A DNA stretch of 58,666 bases from a virus. Taxonomy: Duplodnaviria; Caudoviricetes. A program made the translations under genes and the position numbers. How positions within the stretch are numbered: the stretch's first letter is position 1; every line of letters starts with the position of its first letter. This document shows, in pieces, positions 19,812-29,408 of the stretch. The DNA is taken from positions 1-58,666 of IMG/VR virus record IMGVR_UViG_3300028383_000267; one strand, given 5' to 3'. The notes beneath the pieces are model-generated. The model saw only the letters and a list, made by a program, of their open reading frames with translations, was not told the DNA's origin and searched no databases.

Positions 19812-21010
19812 ATTTATGGTTTGAAAACATAAAAGGAATCAACTCTCCAATAAAAAACTGTAGTGATCATGTTTCTATCATAGAAAGAGAAAGCGAAATA
19901 ATTTGGCATTTAAAAAGTTTAGAAACGCATTATAGCTTAAAACAAATAGACAAAGATAAGATTTCAAAAAATGATAGAAATTTTTTTCCTGTAGAATTCT
20001 GGAATCTTGATAGTCTTGATACTATCTTTGATACTTTAAGTGAATCTACAAAGCGCCTTTTAACAGAGAAAAAATTAACTTTACTTGTTTATTTTCCCTT
20101 TGAAGGATTTTCTTTAGATACATGTAATTGGTTAGACAAATTAGAATATTCTCTTAAGGTCAATAGACTAGAAAATTGTAATAAAATCTTGATTTTTGGA
20201 AATTTAGAAATTGAACAACTGGTATACGAAAGAAATAATTTTTGGAACAAAGTCTTTGGAATTGATTTTTGGCAATGGTTTTATGCCGAAGAATATAAAG
20301 AAAGGTTAGATAAAAATTTAGAAAAAGATAGTAAAAAAACAAAGTCTAAAAAGGAAAAAGACTTTTTATCACTGAATGGTGCAACAAGAGAACATAGATT
20401 AATTTTTTGTTCAGAACTAGAAAGGAAGAACCTAAATAAATTTGGACACGTAAGCATGGTAGGTAGGAATTTAAATCCAACAGATTTTGATGACGCCGAC
20501 CAAATTTTACAACCTTATAAAAAGAAAAATACTTATTTTAAAGCATATTGCAAAAATTGGAAGCCTTTGGTACTAGATAAGCAATTGTTTCAATTAGAGA
20601 AAGACGACAGAGGTATAAATAAATCTTTATATAAGGATTCTTTTTTCAGTGTTGTCACAGAAACCTGTGTTTCAGAAGGCTTATTTTTGACTGAAAAAAC
20701 ATTCAAACCAATAGTAAACTTGCATCCGTTTATGATTTTAGGTCAACCGGGTATCTTAAAATATCTTAAATCTCAAGGCTATAAAACCTTTCCCGAATTA
20801 TTTGACGAATCCTACGACAACGAAACCGACCTAGTAAAAAGAATAGATAAAATACAAGACAATATCGAAATGTTCTCGCAATTAGAGTATAATACCAAAC
20901 TAGAATTATTACAAAGTGTTCAAGATAAACTAAAACACAACAAAAAGATTTTTCTAGATGAAGAAAATCAAAATACTAAAAAAATTAAAAAAGTATTTAA
21001 AAAATTATAG
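19808..21010 (+). CDS. Putative glycosyltransferase-like protein (VTET..TEKT.KPI family)
   Basis: FLSLN...REHR; FSVVTET..FLTEKTFKPI..HPF..LG....L..L...GYKTF...DESYD, reminiscent of the GT10/GT-B nucleotide-binding half. Confidence 0.45.
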   Translation: MNLWFENIKGINSPIKNCSDHVSIIERESEIIWHLKSLETHYSLKQIDKDKISKNDRNFFPVEFWNLDSLDTIFDTLSESTKRLLTEKKLTLLVYFPFEGFSLDTCNWLDKLEYSLKVNRLENCNKILIFGNLEIEQLVYERNNFWNKVFGIDFWQWFYAEEYKERLDKNLEKDSKKTKSKKEKDFLSLNGATREHRLIFCSELERKNLNKFGHVSMVGRNLNPTDFDDADQILQPYKKKNTYFKAYCKNWKPLVLDKQLFQLEKDDRGINKSLYKDSFFSVVTETCVSEGLFLTEKTFKPIVNLHPFMILGQPGILKYLKSQGYKTFPELFDESYDNETDLVKRIDKIQDNIEMFSQLEYNTKLELLQSVQDKLKHNKKIFLDEENQNTKKIKKVFKKL

Positions 21011-21014
21011 TTTC

Positions 21015-21956
21015 ATGCTGATTTACGACCAAGGATTTACTCCACAAAACATTATTGGACAACACGACAGAGTCATAAAAAACATAATAATGTATCAGTT
21101 ATCCGAGGACGATGTTTTTATTAACACTACATGGTTAGAGGTCGATGATAACCTAAAACATATTGCAGATAAAAACAAGAATGCAATTTGTTATAGCGGT
21201 CCTGATTGGGAAAATACCATATGTAGGAAAAAACAGAACGAGTTTATTGATGATAATTTTAAGGATGTTTACAGAGTAGGAAATACCCGAGGAGATTATT
21301 ATTTTTCTTTTTGGTTAGATTTTGTTTTTAATCATCTTCCTGCCTATCAAAAGTTTGATCCTTATAAATTTAAAAATATAAAGACTTTCATGTGCCTAAA
21401 CAGAAAACCTCATGAACACAGGGTAGAATTAATTAATCAAATTAACAGTTTGAAACGGCATGGAATTGTAAGCCTTGGTGGAGAAACCCCTATACTGTTA
21501 GATATTGATGTAAAAAACCAAGAAGGAGATAATTCTGTTGGAGGGAAAGTGGGCATTACGAATGATATAACCGGTTTAGGACACAAAGACAATTGGAATG
21601 CCCATTTTCTTAATGTTGTAACAGAAACCACAATACACAGTGATGTTTTTATAAGTGAAAAAACATTAAAACCAATAATTGGCAAAAGGCCTTTTATTAT
21701 TTTAGGTGACTTCAAATTATATTCTATCTTACACTCGTGGGGTATAGACACTTTTGACGATTTATTTGGAAAGGGATACCTGAAAAGATGGCATACAGAT
21801 AGAATAGATTGGATCCAAAATGTTTTAGAATCTCTTACTAAAGAGAAAAAACTTGATAGTTTGTTAAATTCTCTCAAGCCTAGACTAGAAAAAAATTACA
21901 CTGCCTTGTGCCAGGCATACGTAGAAAACAAAGAAAAAATAGAGAATTTATTATGA
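21015..21956 (+). CDS. Putative glycosyltransferase-like protein (same family as 19808)
   Basis: FMCLNRKPHEHR; NVVTET...SEKTLKPIIGKRPF...GIDTFDD. ATG at 21015 follows the upstream stop. Confidence 0.45.
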   Translation: MLIYDQGFTPQNIIGQHDRVIKNIIMYQLSEDDVFINTTWLEVDDNLKHIADKNKNAICYSGPDWENTICRKKQNEFIDDNFKDVYRVGNTRGDYYFSFWLDFVFNHLPAYQKFDPYKFKNIKTFMCLNRKPHEHRVELINQINSLKRHGIVSLGGETPILLDIDVKNQEGDNSVGGKVGITNDITGLGHKDNWNAHFLNVVTETTIHSDVFISEKTLKPIIGKRPFIILGDFKLYSILHSWGIDTFDDLFGKGYLKRWHTDRIDWIQNVLESLTKEKKLDSLLNSLKPRLEKNYTALCQAYVENKEKIENLL

Positions 21957-22810
21957 AAATACTTACCGGAGGATGTAGTTTTACAGCGCATTTAGAAGAA
22001 CAATTTTTAGCTTGGCCGTATCACTTAGAAAATAAAGGCTATCAAATCGTGAATACAGCAGAAATGGCGTCAGGAAATGAAATAATACTAGAACGCATAA
22101 TTTCACAAATACAAAAAGCTAATCCTGATGCAATTATTGTAATGTGGTCAAACCCTTTTAGAGTAGATTTATTTTTTAACCAAGAATCAAAAGATTTTGA
22201 CCTAATTCATTCTGCTATGAAAGGACATACATCTTATAGCAATTTTGTCTTAAACGGAAAAATTCAGAATCACAAAAATTCTAACTGGATAAGAACGGGC
22301 GGCGGATATGGAATCTGGAAGTTTGGGTGTAAACCTTTAGATAAAATTTTTAAAAACTATCTTGCAGATTATTACAATAATGAATACCAATTTATAAAAA
22401 ATGTTAGGAATATATTAACCTTACAAACAGTGTGTGCGTCCTTAGGAGTTAAACTTATTAACACTTGCTGGCAAAACATATGGGACGACTTATACGATTT
22501 AGATAACCACGAATTAAAAACTTCTAATTGGATAACCAAAGAAAGTGTAAAGAAATTAAAAAATAGAAATGCTGTTTATACACCATTGATAGATAAATTT
22601 CCTAATGCCAAACATTGGTATGATTTAATAGATTGGTCTACATGGTTATTTTACGAAAAAGAAGGTGTCAAAAGAGGAGGTATAGGAGAATTTGCAATTA
22701 TAGAAAACAATGATGAATTACAGAACTCTCATCCTTCATGGACCTCACAAAAATTATGGACAGATTTTTTAGATAGAAATTTATTCAATAGATTTAAGTT
22801 TAGAGGTTAG
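21953..22810 (+). CDS. SGNH/GDSL-like protein
   Basis: MKILTGGCSFT, SGN, C-terminal SHPS; ATGA overlap at 21953. Confidence 0.5.
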   Translation: MKILTGGCSFTAHLEEQFLAWPYHLENKGYQIVNTAEMASGNEIILERIISQIQKANPDAIIVMWSNPFRVDLFFNQESKDFDLIHSAMKGHTSYSNFVLNGKIQNHKNSNWIRTGGGYGIWKFGCKPLDKIFKNYLADYYNNEYQFIKNVRNILTLQTVCASLGVKLINTCWQNIWDDLYDLDNHELKTSNWITKESVKKLKNRNAVYTPLIDKFPNAKHWYDLIDWSTWLFYEKEGVKRGGIGEFAIIENNDELQNSHPSWTSQKLWTDFLDRNLFNRFKFRG

Positions 22811-22826
22811 AATAATACTATAGTAT

Positions 22827-23130
22827 ATGAACGTTTTTACATCAGGATATACTGGTGTAGGTAAACTATGACTATACTGTGTATAACAAACTGCAAAAAA
22901 AGCACACAGTAAAAGGTTATGATATTAACCTTTTACAAAGCAGCACGGTGGATTTGCAACATTTAATGAAAAATGTAAGTCACTGACATTATATATATGT
23001 AGAGGTCCTAACACCTCACGATTCAGAGAACAACGGCCTTTGTCCTACTTCTCACCTCTCTAAGAAAGATTTTGATTAGAATACTGTGTAGAGCATATGA
23101 ATTCAGATCAATTATTGGTTCTAATTCTAG
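22827..23130 (+). pseudogene. Decayed 5' fragment of a nucleotide-sugar dehydrogenase (copy of the 26549 gene)
   Basis: Translates in pieces as MNVFTSGYTGVGKL*..KKHTVKGYDI..VLTPHDSENNG..PTSHL..KDFD*NTV..HMNSDQLLVLI, matching GYIGVGKLG..KKHVVTAYDL..VPTPHDSSYDG..PT..L..RDFDYETV..HMDKTQLLVLI; multiple stops and frameshifts. Confidence 0.85.
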
Positions 23131-23155
23131 GTATACGCAAAAAACAAAGAAAAAA

Positions 23156-24364
23156 TTAACAGTATTGCAAATTATCTCTAAAAGTTTTCAGGTTCTTAAA
23201 AGAATCATAATTCACACATTCTAATCTAGCTAGATTATAGTCTAAAACCGATGACATTTTTCCATGCATTTTTTTAAGTTCTTTGATTTTTAAACTATTA
23301 AGATAATCTATTAAATCTAATATTTTTTCTAATCTTTTTGAATGATCAGGTTCTTCGTCGTAAGATTCATCCCAAAAATCTGAGAAAGTTTTAAATCCTA
23401 GTCCTTGTAATAATCTTAAACTGAAAGGGCCAGACGCAACTATAAAAGGACATCTAGCTATAATTGGTTTAATTGTTTTTTCGCTTATATTTGCCATAGG
23501 CATAGTGAATCTACTTTCATTGACAACGTGGATCCACGAACGAGAAATTTCGTTGACGTTGTATTTTTGTTCTCTAGCAGAAATGTTTTTATAAACAAAG
23601 TCTTTGTCAGTTGAATACGGTTTAAATCGAGTTCTAACAGAATGTTTTTTGTTTTTATTTTTTAAATTATTATCATAGATTTTTCTTAGCTTTTCGTTGC
23701 TTAAAACTAGATTATCCTGCAGTAATGTTTTGGAAAGATTATCATTGTTCATTTTCTGTAACTGTGAACATAACGAATTTTCTAAACCTAGTAGATAGGT
23801 GGTTATAATATATTTGTGAGGTTCAAATCTAGCACTGAAACTGGAAAATCTATAATTTTTTTTTAAATTATTTTGTTGTTTTTTTAAATGCAATTTTGCA
23901 TCTGTCTGAATGTAATCTGCAATAAACAAATCAAAATAATTTATCGGAAAATCGTAGCAATCCTGAAAAATTTCACAATTAGCTTCGCAGTGATAAACCT
24001 CAAAGGGAAGATCAAACTCGCTTGTTATTATTTTAACTGTGTCTAATTCAGGAGACCTTGCGTTTAGCGGTTCTTTTTCAATAAGAGAGCTGTTGCGAAT
24101 ATTTGTGGCACAATTCGTAGAGTATATTCTTAGGATATCATATATAAAAAAAATTATTTTTTTAGGTCTTTGTTCTCTAATTCTATTGTATATAGGATTT
24201 AGGTTTGTGCTAGTCCATCCTTTAACTATGATTATCAGATTATCTTCTATATTAATTGTGTTCCGAATGTATTTAAGGAGTGGTACTTTTTCAAATTGGC
24301 ATTGGTTATCTTCTCCAAAATTTACCAAATTTTTTTTCGAAATATAGCCTATGCTAGGAAACAT
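23156..24364 (-). CDS. Putative glycosyltransferase-like protein (same family as 19808)
   Basis: HVVNES...SEKTIKPIIARCPF...GFKTFSDFWDESYD...RL. Confidence 0.45.
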   Translation of the reverse strand: MFPSIGYISKKNLVNFGEDNQCQFEKVPLLKYIRNTINIEDNLIIIVKGWTSTNLNPIYNRIREQRPKKIIFFIYDILRIYSTNCATNIRNSSLIEKEPLNARSPELDTVKIITSEFDLPFEVYHCEANCEIFQDCYDFPINYFDLFIADYIQTDAKLHLKKQQNNLKKNYRFSSFSARFEPHKYIITTYLLGLENSLCSQLQKMNNDNLSKTLLQDNLVLSNEKLRKIYDNNLKNKNKKHSVRTRFKPYSTDKDFVYKNISAREQKYNVNEISRSWIHVVNESRFTMPMANISEKTIKPIIARCPFIVASGPFSLRLLQGLGFKTFSDFWDESYDEEPDHSKRLEKILDLIDYLNSLKIKELKKMHGKMSSVLDYNLARLECVNYDSFKNLKTFRDNLQYC

Positions 24365-24859
24365 TTATCTAATGCCTGTAATTTGCAGAGTGTACCTAGG
24401 TTCTGTGCCTATATTGGCTGCAAAATGAGGCTCATCGCAATCCCAAATCACATATTTGCCTGCTTTGTAATTTACAATCGCTTTTTCGCCTATATCAAAG
24501 TAGTGCCCTATTTTCCAGTCTTCTAAAAAAACAACTGCTCTTTTTACTTGCCACCTTTCTACCTCAAAGATTTCGCAATATTTTTCAAAATGATCCACAT
24601 GAGTAGGCATTATATCTCCTGTTTTCATTCTGTAAAAAACAAAACCAGGCTTATATAGTTCTAGGCTGTTAGAAATTTCCCAAACCCAGTTCGGCATGAG
24701 GTTTTTCCCGCCGTACATAGAACCTGTAAAACTTTTGTGTGAGTACCCCATATACCGCCAACGTTCTATTTCTTCATTCTTAGCGGGTTGTTTTGTATAC
24801 GAAAAATTTTTAAAATTGTTGTCCCAAAAAGGCTTAATTTCTCCCTCTATTACACTCAT
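24365..24859 (-). CDS. Fe(II)/2-oxoglutarate oxygenase-like protein
   Basis: THVD (HxD), distal HFAAN, RYTLQITG. ATG at 24859 forms an ATGA overlap with the upstream gene. Confidence 0.65.
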   Translation of the reverse strand: MSVIEGEIKPFWDNNFKNFSYTKQPAKNEEIERWRYMGYSHKSFTGSMYGGKNLMPNWVWEISNSLELYKPGFVFYRMKTGDIMPTHVDHFEKYCEIFEVERWQVKRAVVFLEDWKIGHYFDIGEKAIVNYKAGKYVIWDCDEPHFAANIGTEPRYTLQITGIR

Positions 24860-25821
24860 TTTGTTTCCCGTTCTATATCTAAAGTTACACAGTGGAAGCC
24901 GCCGCCTAGTGTTCTTTGATGCCTCATCGGCAGCATTGCACATTCTATTTTTTGTTTTTCCAAAACTTTTCGTAAACCGTGCTGATGTTCTTCTAACACT
25001 ACTAGATTTTCATTCACTGAAAACACGTTCATATTTACCCATTTGCTTGCATTGCAATAGTTACCAAAGTATCCTAAATCGTTAGGTTCAGGCGCCCACA
25101 CAACATCCCAGTCACAGAAAGGTTTAGGCAAAATCTTTTTAGATGATATTCTATCTGGGTTTAACAGCATTAATCCGTCCCGGAGAAATGCCACAGTAGA
25201 ATCTATGTGCATGTAAGAATACACATTTTCTAATAGGTGAATTTTTGCTGTATCGAGTAAACTTTGAATATATTCAGCTCCCTTTTTGTTACCACTATTG
25301 CTAACTAGATATAAAATATCGTCGTTTGCTTTAATGATATTAGCAGCATCAAAGGCAGGAGCAATTTCGTTAAGTGCAAGTGTATTAGGGTCTCCTATGC
25401 AATCCGGGTTGAACAGTTCTCGACCAGCACAAGGATTAATTTGTTGTAATTTGTCAAGATGATGTTCGAAAGACTTATATTCATTATGCCTAGAGAAAAT
25501 TGGCATTGGAGAAGAATATGCGGTGTCCTTATAAACAAGTACCGAATCTCTGGGACAGTAATTGTAGTAAGCAGGATCGTTGTCAATAGGTCTAAAAACT
25601 TTGACTCCTTCTTTCCTTAGAAATTTGCAAAAAATATCTAGGTCTTCATTTGCTTCTTCGATAACTTGTCGGGGATAAGGACCATAAGGAATTTTGTCTT
25701 CGTTAAGCTCGTCAGCATAGTTAATATATCTAAGAGAGATATCGTTTTCAGGAATTTTTGCATTGTCTGCAATTCCTACTATAACACTTTTTAATTGACT
25801 CCATTCATTTGTAACGTTCAT
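24856..25821 (-). CDS. Amidinotransferase (glycine/inosamine-phosphate amidinotransferase family)
   Basis: NEW..LK.VIVG, CPRD, FDAA, HIDST, C-terminal GGGFHC (catalytic Cys). Confidence 0.9.
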   Translation of the reverse strand: MNVTNEWSQLKSVIVGIADNAKIPENDISLRYINYADELNEDKIPYGPYPRQVIEEANEDLDIFCKFLRKEGVKVFRPIDNDPAYYNYCPRDSVLVYKDTAYSSPMPIFSRHNEYKSFEHHLDKLQQINPCAGRELFNPDCIGDPNTLALNEIAPAFDAANIIKANDDILYLVSNSGNKKGAEYIQSLLDTAKIHLLENVYSYMHIDSTVAFLRDGLMLLNPDRISSKKILPKPFCDWDVVWAPEPNDLGYFGNYCNASKWVNMNVFSVNENLVVLEEHQHGLRKVLEKQKIECAMLPMRHQRTLGGGFHCVTLDIERETK

Positions 25822-25871
25822 ATTTTTAATCTCTTGCTGATTATTTGTTTACTGTCAAATGGGAATTTCAT
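25818..25871 (-). CDS. 17-aa mini-ORF (MKFPFDSKQIISKRLKI), possibly a collapsed gene
   Basis: Exactly fills the gap between two genes, with ATGA overlaps at both ends. Confidence 0.4.
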   Translation of the reverse strand: MKFPFDSKQIISKRLKI

Positions 25872-26455
25872 CGAAAAATCTTCATCTTCGACAAGTCAGG
25901 ATAGTCACTATAACACCATTTTTGCGGAATTTGTTTCTTGGCACTGTCTAAACGATCTAGTCCTAATTGGGCGGTTTCAGGAGTCATATAATAATGATAT
26001 CCCATGCGATCTATATCTTGATCTGCCCAGGGCACATTAGGTATTCTCCCGTCATAAGACATTCTTTTAAGGTTTGCATAATCTTTTTTATTATCTAGCA
26101 AAATTGCCCCGCCTCGACCTAAACTTAAATGTTTTTTAAATTGAAAACTAAGGCACATAAATGTGCCTGATATATACCCTTTTTCTTTCCAGTAAACAGC
26201 AGCATCTATAATAGAATCAGTTACATAATAAAAATTATGCCATTTATGATCTAGAAAATTCCAATCTATGCCTAATTTATCGAATGTAAAGGGCACAGAA
26301 ATATAGGTTTTTTTAGGAGATGTTGCTCTATTCGCGCTTGTATATCGCAAGCAAAGTTCAATTGCATGGGTACAACAGTCGGTAGCAACTGCATAAGGAG
26401 CACTATAATATTCAGCAATATTTTTTTCGAACAATTCAATCGTGCTAAAATTCAT
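25868..26455 (-). CDS. Short DegT/DnrJ/EryC1/StrS-family PLP aminotransferase
   Basis: YAVATDCCTHAIELCL, IIDAA, CLSFQFKKHLSLGRGG (PLP-Lys loop), GYHYYM; only 195 aa. Confidence 0.8.
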   Translation of the reverse strand: MNFSTIELFEKNIAEYYSAPYAVATDCCTHAIELCLRYTSANRATSPKKTYISVPFTFDKLGIDWNFLDHKWHNFYYVTDSIIDAAVYWKEKGYISGTFMCLSFQFKKHLSLGRGGAILLDNKKDYANLKRMSYDGRIPNVPWADQDIDRMGYHYYMTPETAQLGLDRLDSAKKQIPQKWCYSDYPDLSKMKIFR

Positions 26456-26518
26456 CTACTGTACTTATTTTTCAAAGAATATTTCCCTTCAAATTGCGAG
26501 ATATAGATCAATACCTAA

Positions 26519-26526
26519 GTTAAATA
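26519..26526 (+). promoter_or_regulatory. Putative late promoter (GTTAAATA)
   Basis: TAAATA core in the divergent intergenic gap, followed by the RBS AAGGAG before 26549. Confidence 0.45.
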
Positions 26527-26548
26527 CTATGTTAATGAAGGAGACAAA

Positions 26549-27781
26549 ATGAACATAGGATATATTGGTGTTGGTAAACTAGGATTGCCCTGTGCTGAAA
26601 AAATTGCAGAAAAAAAGCATGTTGTCACTGCATATGATTTAGAACCGCAGACCAGTGAACTAGTTGAGTTTAAAACAAATATACAAGAATGTGTTGAAAA
26701 TACAGAAATTGTATTCGTTGCAGTTCCTACTCCGCACGATTCTTCTTATGACGGACAACAACCTACCTGCCAATTACCTCCTCGTGACTTTGATTACGAA
26801 ACTGTAAAGGCTGTTTTAACCGAAGCAGACAAGCATATGGATAAAACTCAATTGCTTGTTCTTATCTCAACAGTTCTACCAGGCACTACTAGAAGAGAAT
26901 TTACACCGCTTGTAAAAAACACTCGATTTGTTTACAATCCTTATCTAATCGCAATGGGTTCTGTTGCATGGGATATGGTTAACCCCGAAATGGTAATGAT
27001 AGGTACAGATAACGGTTCTGAAACAGGTGATGCAAAACAGCTTAAAGAATTTTATAAAACTATTATGGAAAACGACCCAAATTATGTGATAGGCACATAT
27101 GACGAGTGTGAGTGCATAAAAGTTTTCTATAACACTTTTATATCCACAAAGATTAGCCTTGTAAACATGATGCAAGATGTAGCAGAAAAACAGGGCAATA
27201 TAAATGTAGATGTGATTACAGATGCTCTAGCAAATTCTACTAAGAGGATTATGAGCCCTCAATATATGACAGCAGGCATGGGAGACGGCGGTGCGTGTCA
27301 TCCTAGAGATAATATTGCTCTCAGATATCTTGCGCAAGAATTAGATTTGGGATATGATCTATTCGACTCTATAATGAAAGCCAGAGAAGCACAAGCAGAA
27401 AATCTTGCCAAAGAACTGGCAAAGCATGCAAAAGAAAACAATATGCCTGTATATATTCACGGAAAGGCATACAAACCCAAGGTGCCGTACACAGACGGGT
27501 CATACAGCATATTAGTGGGACATTATATAGAAGAATTAGGTATGAAACCTACTTATATAGATCCATACACGGGAGATGATTATCAACCTTTTGAGCCAGG
27601 TGTCTTTTTAATGGCACATTCTGCTAGTATTACATATGATTATACATCAAGCAAAACCAAAGATGAAATATATTGTTCAATACCTCCAGGAAGCATTATA
27701 ATCGATCCATGGAGAAAGATAACTTCGAGCGTTAGTAAGGTAAGGCATTACGGTAATACTAGGAAAGATAAAAGTTGTTGA
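26549..27781 (+). CDS. ugd: UDP-glucose/GDP-mannose dehydrogenase family protein
   Basis: Rossmann IGVGKLG, VAVPTP, STVLPGT, KVFYNTF, catalytic GGACHPRD, C-terminal GKAYKP. Confidence 0.9.
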   Translation: MNIGYIGVGKLGLPCAEKIAEKKHVVTAYDLEPQTSELVEFKTNIQECVENTEIVFVAVPTPHDSSYDGQQPTCQLPPRDFDYETVKAVLTEADKHMDKTQLLVLISTVLPGTTRREFTPLVKNTRFVYNPYLIAMGSVAWDMVNPEMVMIGTDNGSETGDAKQLKEFYKTIMENDPNYVIGTYDECECIKVFYNTFISTKISLVNMMQDVAEKQGNINVDVITDALANSTKRIMSPQYMTAGMGDGGACHPRDNIALRYLAQELDLGYDLFDSIMKAREAQAENLAKELAKHAKENNMPVYIHGKAYKPKVPYTDGSYSILVGHYIEELGMKPTYIDPYTGDDYQPFEPGVFLMAHSASITYDYTSSKTKDEIYCSIPPGSIIIDPWRKITSSVSKVRHYGNTRKDKSC

Positions 27782-27806
27782 CAGATTGTATAAAATTTTG
27801 TAAACT
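27778..27806 (+). promoter_or_regulatory. Putative sigma70 promoter
   Basis: TTGACA, 17-nt spacer, TAAACT directly before the ATG at 27814 (near-leaderless). Confidence 0.5.
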
Positions 27807-27813
27807 ATAACCT

Positions 27814-28506
27814 ATGTACGATATTATCTTTATATCTTATGGAGAATCTAACGCCGACAAAAATTGGCAAACACTCAAAGATAGGTTTCCATATGCAAAA
27901 AGAGTCGACGGTGTTAAAGGTATTCATCAAGCGCATATCAAAGCTGCAAAAAAGTCATTCACTAAAATGTTTTGGGTTGTTGATGGCGATTCAAAAATTT
28001 TACGAACCTTTAATTTTGACTTTGAAGTACATGAAAGCAATTTAAACACTGTCCATATCTGGTGGTCAAAAAATCCAGTGAACGGGTTAGTTTACGGTTA
28101 CGGTGGAGTTAAACTATTACCAAATACTCTTACAAAAAAATTAGACCTATCTAAACCCGACGTTGCTACTTCTATAAGTAATGACATAAAAATTATAAGT
28201 GAATTGGCTAGCATTACTGAATTCAACACTGATGCATTTTCTGCATGGAGATCAGGTTTCAGAGAATGTACAAAACTTTCTAGCAAGGTAATTGACCGCC
28301 AAATAGATAGCGAAACTGAACACAGGTTAGAAACATGGTGCAACGTTGGTACAAACGCACGTTTCGGCATTGACGCTATAAAAGGCGCAAAGGCCGGAAG
28401 AGATTACGGACAAAGAAATAAAAATAATCCACAAGCACTATCGAGAATAAATGACTATGATTGGTTGATTGATTATTTTAGAAGTAATAACGATATAAAA
28501 GTGTGA
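27814..28506 (+). CDS. Putative glycosyltransferase (paralog of 10530)
   Basis: YDIIFISYGE..A, RVDGVKGIHQAH, WVVDGD, YGYGGVKL, AWRSGFREC. Confidence 0.65.
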   Translation: MYDIIFISYGESNADKNWQTLKDRFPYAKRVDGVKGIHQAHIKAAKKSFTKMFWVVDGDSKILRTFNFDFEVHESNLNTVHIWWSKNPVNGLVYGYGGVKLLPNTLTKKLDLSKPDVATSISNDIKIISELASITEFNTDAFSAWRSGFRECTKLSSKVIDRQIDSETEHRLETWCNVGTNARFGIDAIKGAKAGRDYGQRNKNNPQALSRINDYDWLIDYFRSNNDIKV

Positions 28507-28544
28507 AAATTAATTGGGCATAAAACAGGTATAATACTATAAGC

Positions 28545-29408
28545 ATGATCAATATTGTTTGCACAAGTAAGCCATGTGACGGACTTTTCTATTACAGTTA
28601 TGAGTATTGCTCTCGTTTGAACGATTTGGGGTTCCCTGCACGAGTAATTGTTGTTACCCACAGGCGTTTCCCTTCAGCTGACTATGTTAGCTCTATAAAA
28701 CAAAAATACATTCATTGTAAAAATTTGGTTTTTAACGACGTTGATCCAGACGACAATGACATAACTTTTGTAACTGGTAGAAGCATGATTACACTTGCCT
28801 ATCAAGACTTTGACGGTTATACGTTGGAACAGCAAAACACTCTGAGGAAACTGTTTTCCAAAAACACAATACCGGTTTATTCAGAAAACCATCCAATTAA
28901 TTATCCAAAAGCTTTAGATTTTTTCCAACCCAAAAAAATCATAGATCTGTGTGATCAGGAAGTGTATCCTAATGGAACAGGAGAGCATTTTGAAAAAACC
29001 ATTAATTTTGATATATATAAGCCTGTTAAGAATGAGTCAGAATTCAAGTACCTGTTCCTTGGAACCAACAACAAATATTATGCCACAGTAGAGAGTGTAA
29101 TACATGATTTCCCTAATCATGGAATTTTAGTTTACAATGACCAAACTGTTAATGATGATTATAACAATATTGTGGCGCCTGCAAATAACCTCCTGGGTAA
29201 ATTTGATACGTATGTATATACTAAAAACACTTTTGATCCGGCTCCCAGACTGTTTCAGGAATGTAGATATTTTGGCAAAAACATAATATATAAGAGAAGC
29301 AAAACTATTCACGACGGCGGTAGTGTATACTGGAACCGAGACATTAAAAAACCAGATATAACGCCTATCGAGCAAGCAATTGAGAAGCTAAATGAAAATA
29401 GAACCTAA
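28545..29408 (+). CDS. Hypothetical protein (possibly GT-B-like)
   Basis: 287 aa; DPAPRL..EC..FGK C-terminal pattern; no confident family. Confidence 0.55.
   Translation: MINIVCTSKPCDGLFYYSYEYCSRLNDLGFPARVIVVTHRRFPSADYVSSIKQKYIHCKNLVFNDVDPDDNDITFVTGRSMITLAYQDFDGYTLEQQNTLRKLFSKNTIPVYSENHPINYPKALDFFQPKKIIDLCDQEVYPNGTGEHFEKTINFDIYKPVKNESEFKYLFLGTNNKYYATVESVIHDFPNHGILVYNDQTVNDDYNNIVAPANNLLGKFDTYVYTKNTFDPAPRLFQECRYFGKNIIYKRSKTIHDGGSVYWNRDIKKPDITPIEQAIEKLNENRT

Noticed and set aside
22827-23130. Stop-codon recoding or selenocysteine readthrough
   Set aside because: All three stop types and frameshifts occur here, and the rest of the window codes densely in the standard code.
24856-25821. Amidinotransferase as the archaeosine synthase for the folE/queE pathway
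   Set aside because: Its motifs are of the arginine:glycine/inosamine amidinotransferase family, not ArcS, QueF-like or GAT-QueC, and it lies about 29 kb from queE.
28510-28540. Sigma70 promoter before 28545
   Set aside because: TATAAT is present but no -35 element at proper spacing; too weak in AT-rich DNA.
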